From assembly GCA_035523815.1 (NCBI GenBank), contig DATKPZ010000037.1, positions 1-36,253 of the forward strand: 36,253 bases of DNA, in the 5' to 3' direction. The translations under genes and the position numbers were made by a program. Shown piece after piece: positions 34,805 through 36,253 of this stretch (position 1 is the first letter of the stretch; each line of letters starts with the position of its first letter). The DNA comes from Alphaproteobacteria bacterium (lineage in GTDB: Bacteria; Vulcanimicrobiota; Vulcanimicrobiia; Vulcanimicrobiales; Vulcanimicrobiaceae). The notes under the pieces are model-generated. The model had not been told where the DNA came from, did not search any database, and saw only the letters and a program-made list of their open reading frames with translations.

Positions 34805-35404
34805 ATGTCTATTCTTTCCGACGTCAAAGAAATCGAAGCGAAGGTTCGCGAGTCAATGGAAAACGGGCCGGTCACGCCCTATTACACGCTTCCCCTCGAC
34901 AAAGTCTATGACGTTCTCAACGCCGCGCTTGCTTCCGAGATCATTTGCGTGCTGCGATATAAGCAGCACTACTACATGACCACTTCTATCCATCAGGAAC
35001 AGCTGCAGGATCTGTTCAAGGAGCATTGGCAAGACGAAGAGGGGCACCTCGAACGGATCGCCGACCGGATCAAGCAGCTTGGCGGCGTCCCGAACCTTGA
35101 CCCCAACGGCATCACCAAGCGTGCGTTCTCCAAGTTCGAGAGCGGACACACGCTGGCAGACTTGCTTCGAGAGGATTTGCTCGCCGAACGTGTCGTGATC
35201 AAGATGTACGGCGACATCGTCAATTTCTTCGGTCAAGCCGATCCGGTCAGCCGGCGCATGTTCGAGGAAATTCTTCAAGACGAAGAAGATCACGCCGACG
35301 AAATCGCCGACCTGCTGTATACGGTCGATCCCAAGACCGGAAAGACCGCCGAGCAGTTCAGCGGCGACGGAGTGCTCCAGCCGTTCAAGGCCAACGGGAA
35401 ATAG
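34805..35404 (+). CDS. ferritin-like (bacterioferritin/Dps superfamily) protein, 199 aa
   Basis: LNAALASEIICVLRYKQH, FKEHWQDEEGHLERIADRIKQLGGVP, ILQDEEDHADEIADLL: di-iron ligand pattern E...ExxH twice. GAGGAG precedes the ATG. Confidence 0.75.
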   Translation: MSILSDVKEIEAKVRESMENGPVTPYYTLPLDKVYDVLNAALASEIICVLRYKQHYYMTTSIHQEQLQDLFKEHWQDEEGHLERIADRIKQLGGVPNLDPNGITKRAFSKFESGHTLADLLREDLLAERVVIKMYGDIVNFFGQADPVSRRMFEEILQDEEDHADEIADLLYTVDPKTGKTAEQFSGDGVLQPFKANGK

Positions 35405-35405
35405 C

Positions 35406-35972
35406 TTAGCTCGGCGTTCGCCAGCGCTTGAACAAGTCGTTGGTGATGCCGAACTGATCGAGCGCCTTCCCTACCGTGTGCGCGATGATGTCGTCGACGC
35501 TCTGCGGGGCCGCATACATCGCCGGAATCGGCGGCAGAATCACGGCGCCGATTTCGGCTAGCTGGGCAAGCGTGCGCAGGTGGCCGAGGTGCAACGGCGT
35601 TTCGCGTACGACGAGGACGAGTTTGCGGCGCTCCTTCAAGCACACGTCGGCCGCGCGCACCAGCAGATTGTCGTTGATCGAATAGGCGATCGCGCTCGCG
35701 CTCTTCATCGAACACGGGATAACCAGCATCCCGTCGGTTACGAACGATCCGCTCGAGATCGCCGCCGCCAGATCGTCGCCGCGATGCACGACGTCGGCCA
35801 GCGCCTCGAAATCGTCCGGCATCATCTCCATCTCGAGTTCGATCGTGCGGCGCGCCGCGTCACTGATCACGACGTGCGTTTCGACGCCGCCGATCGCGCG
35901 TAGTGCTTGCAACGCCATATAGCCGTATGCGCTGCCGCTCGCACCGCTGATCCCGATGATGATGCGCCGCAT
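35406..35972 (-). CDS. ubiX: flavin prenyltransferase UbiX
   Basis: MRRIIIGISGASGSAYG, VISDAARRTIELE, LVIPCSMKS, VVRETPL. AAGGGG lies 4 nt upstream of the ATG. Confidence 0.92.
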   Translation of the reverse strand: MRRIIIGISGASGSAYGYMALQALRAIGGVETHVVISDAARRTIELEMEMMPDDFEALADVVHRGDDLAAAISSGSFVTDGMLVIPCSMKSASAIAYSINDNLLVRAADVCLKERRKLVLVVRETPLHLGHLRTLAQLAEIGAVILPPIPAMYAAPQSVDDIIAHTVGKALDQFGITNDLFKRWRTPS

Positions 35973-36032
35973 GATTCCCCTTTATACGCGGGATGCAGGG
36001 GCGCCTGGTGCGACCTTTAACTCAAAACCGCA

Positions 36033-36253
36033 GTGAACGCTTCGCTGGCTGCTGCATTTATCGACGATCTTCGCGCTTGGTGGGATACGGGAGACGACGC
36101 GACCCTCATCCGGGCGCTGCGCTCGCCCTGCTCGGGCGTTCCGCATGACATTGCGGCGGCGTATGCGACCGCCGCGACCCGCGTACCTCCGCTGCTGGAT
36201 GCAATTTCGCGCGGACTTCTGGCGGTATCGGGCACGGAACGCGACGCGTTGCT
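36033..36253 (+). CDS. partial ORF (73 codons, runs off the window); hypothetical, with a UvrD/AddA-C-terminal-like LIRALRSPCSGV motif
   Basis: GTG 36033 is the first start after an in-frame TAA (36018-36020). The frame stays open to the window end and the composition is more protein-like than the opposite-strand ORF 36017-36235. The motif resemblance is weak. Confidence 0.3.
   Translation, partial: MNASLAAAFIDDLRAWWDTGDDATLIRALRSPCSGVPHDIAAAYATAATRVPPLLDAISRGLLAVSGTERDAL

Noticed and set aside
34805-35404. Ferritin-like protein as encapsulin cargo, prompted by its extended C-terminus.
   Set aside because: No encapsulin shell gene is nearby. The C-terminal tail (...GDGVLQPFKANGK) lacks the Gly/Leu-rich targeting-peptide pattern.
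11372-35693. Interpreting the GCGATCGC repeats as cyanobacterial HIP1, and therefore assigning cyanobacterial origin.
   Set aside because: The flanking-base variants of CGATCG are about as enriched as GCGATCGC itself. The density (about 1 per 3.6 kb) is lower than I recall for HIP1-rich cyanobacteria (roughly one per kb), and the gene content shows no photosynthetic markers.
36017-36235. 72-aa minus-strand ORF at the window end.
   Set aside because: It has shadow-like composition (Ala/Ser/Arg-rich). The plus-strand frame open from 36033 to the window end looks more protein-like.
1-36253. Scan for CRISPR arrays, tRNA/rRNA genes, IS elements, integrases, long direct or inverted repeats, and a large compositional island.
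   Set aside because: None was found. Every gap larger than 60 bp (largest 132 bp at 9936-10067) was read on both strands and holds only short hairpins. Local GC varies from about 52% to 74% per 100 nt, but no gene block stands out clearly.

Overview
This is a 36.25-kb, high-GC (roughly 60-65% by eye), very gene-dense chromosomal segment. It holds about 38 protein-coding genes. The largest intergenic gap is 132 bp, many gene junctions overlap by 1-19 nt, and GTG/TTG starts are frequent. I found no rRNA or tRNA genes, CRISPR arrays, transposases, integrases or phage genes. Gene order: lpdA(partial)-lipB-lipA-AcrB-type RND permease-exported beta-rich protein-SGNH lipoprotein | gdh, ychF (minus) | DUF151 nuclease-VOC-mtnP-membrane protein | holB, tmk (minus) | PilZ protein-hypothetical | R3H/AAA ATPase, small exported protein, Orn/Lys/Arg-type decarboxylase, bioB, bioD, bioF, bioA (all minus, transcribed bioA->bioF->bioD->bioB->decarboxylase) | FAD monooxygenase-MFS-small membrane protein | membrane protein, HNH endonuclease, DUF1844, pdxT, pdxS, Pro-rich anchored protein, GDE-like glycosidase (minus) | ispE-nucleotidyltransferase-ferritin-like | ubiX (minus) | partial ORF. 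The content is mostly core metabolism and housekeeping. It partly resembles the origin-proximal gene set of Firmicutes (pdxST, yaaO-like decarboxylase, tmk, holB, ispE, ychF). I do not see a clear, self-contained novel system such as a defence island. The best candidates for something undescribed are four. (1) An adaptor-less RND pump translationally coupled to lipA, followed by an orphan beta-barrel-like protein and an oversized SGNH lipoprotein. (2) A biotin operon with no pimelate-synthesis gene that is translationally coupled to a PLP decarboxylase and a small exported protein. (3) A PilZ-domain protein with an unknown partner. (4) A cytosolic GDE-like glycosidase coupled to a proline-rich membrane-anchored protein. 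All calls come from motifs read by eye in the supplied translations; no database search was possible.
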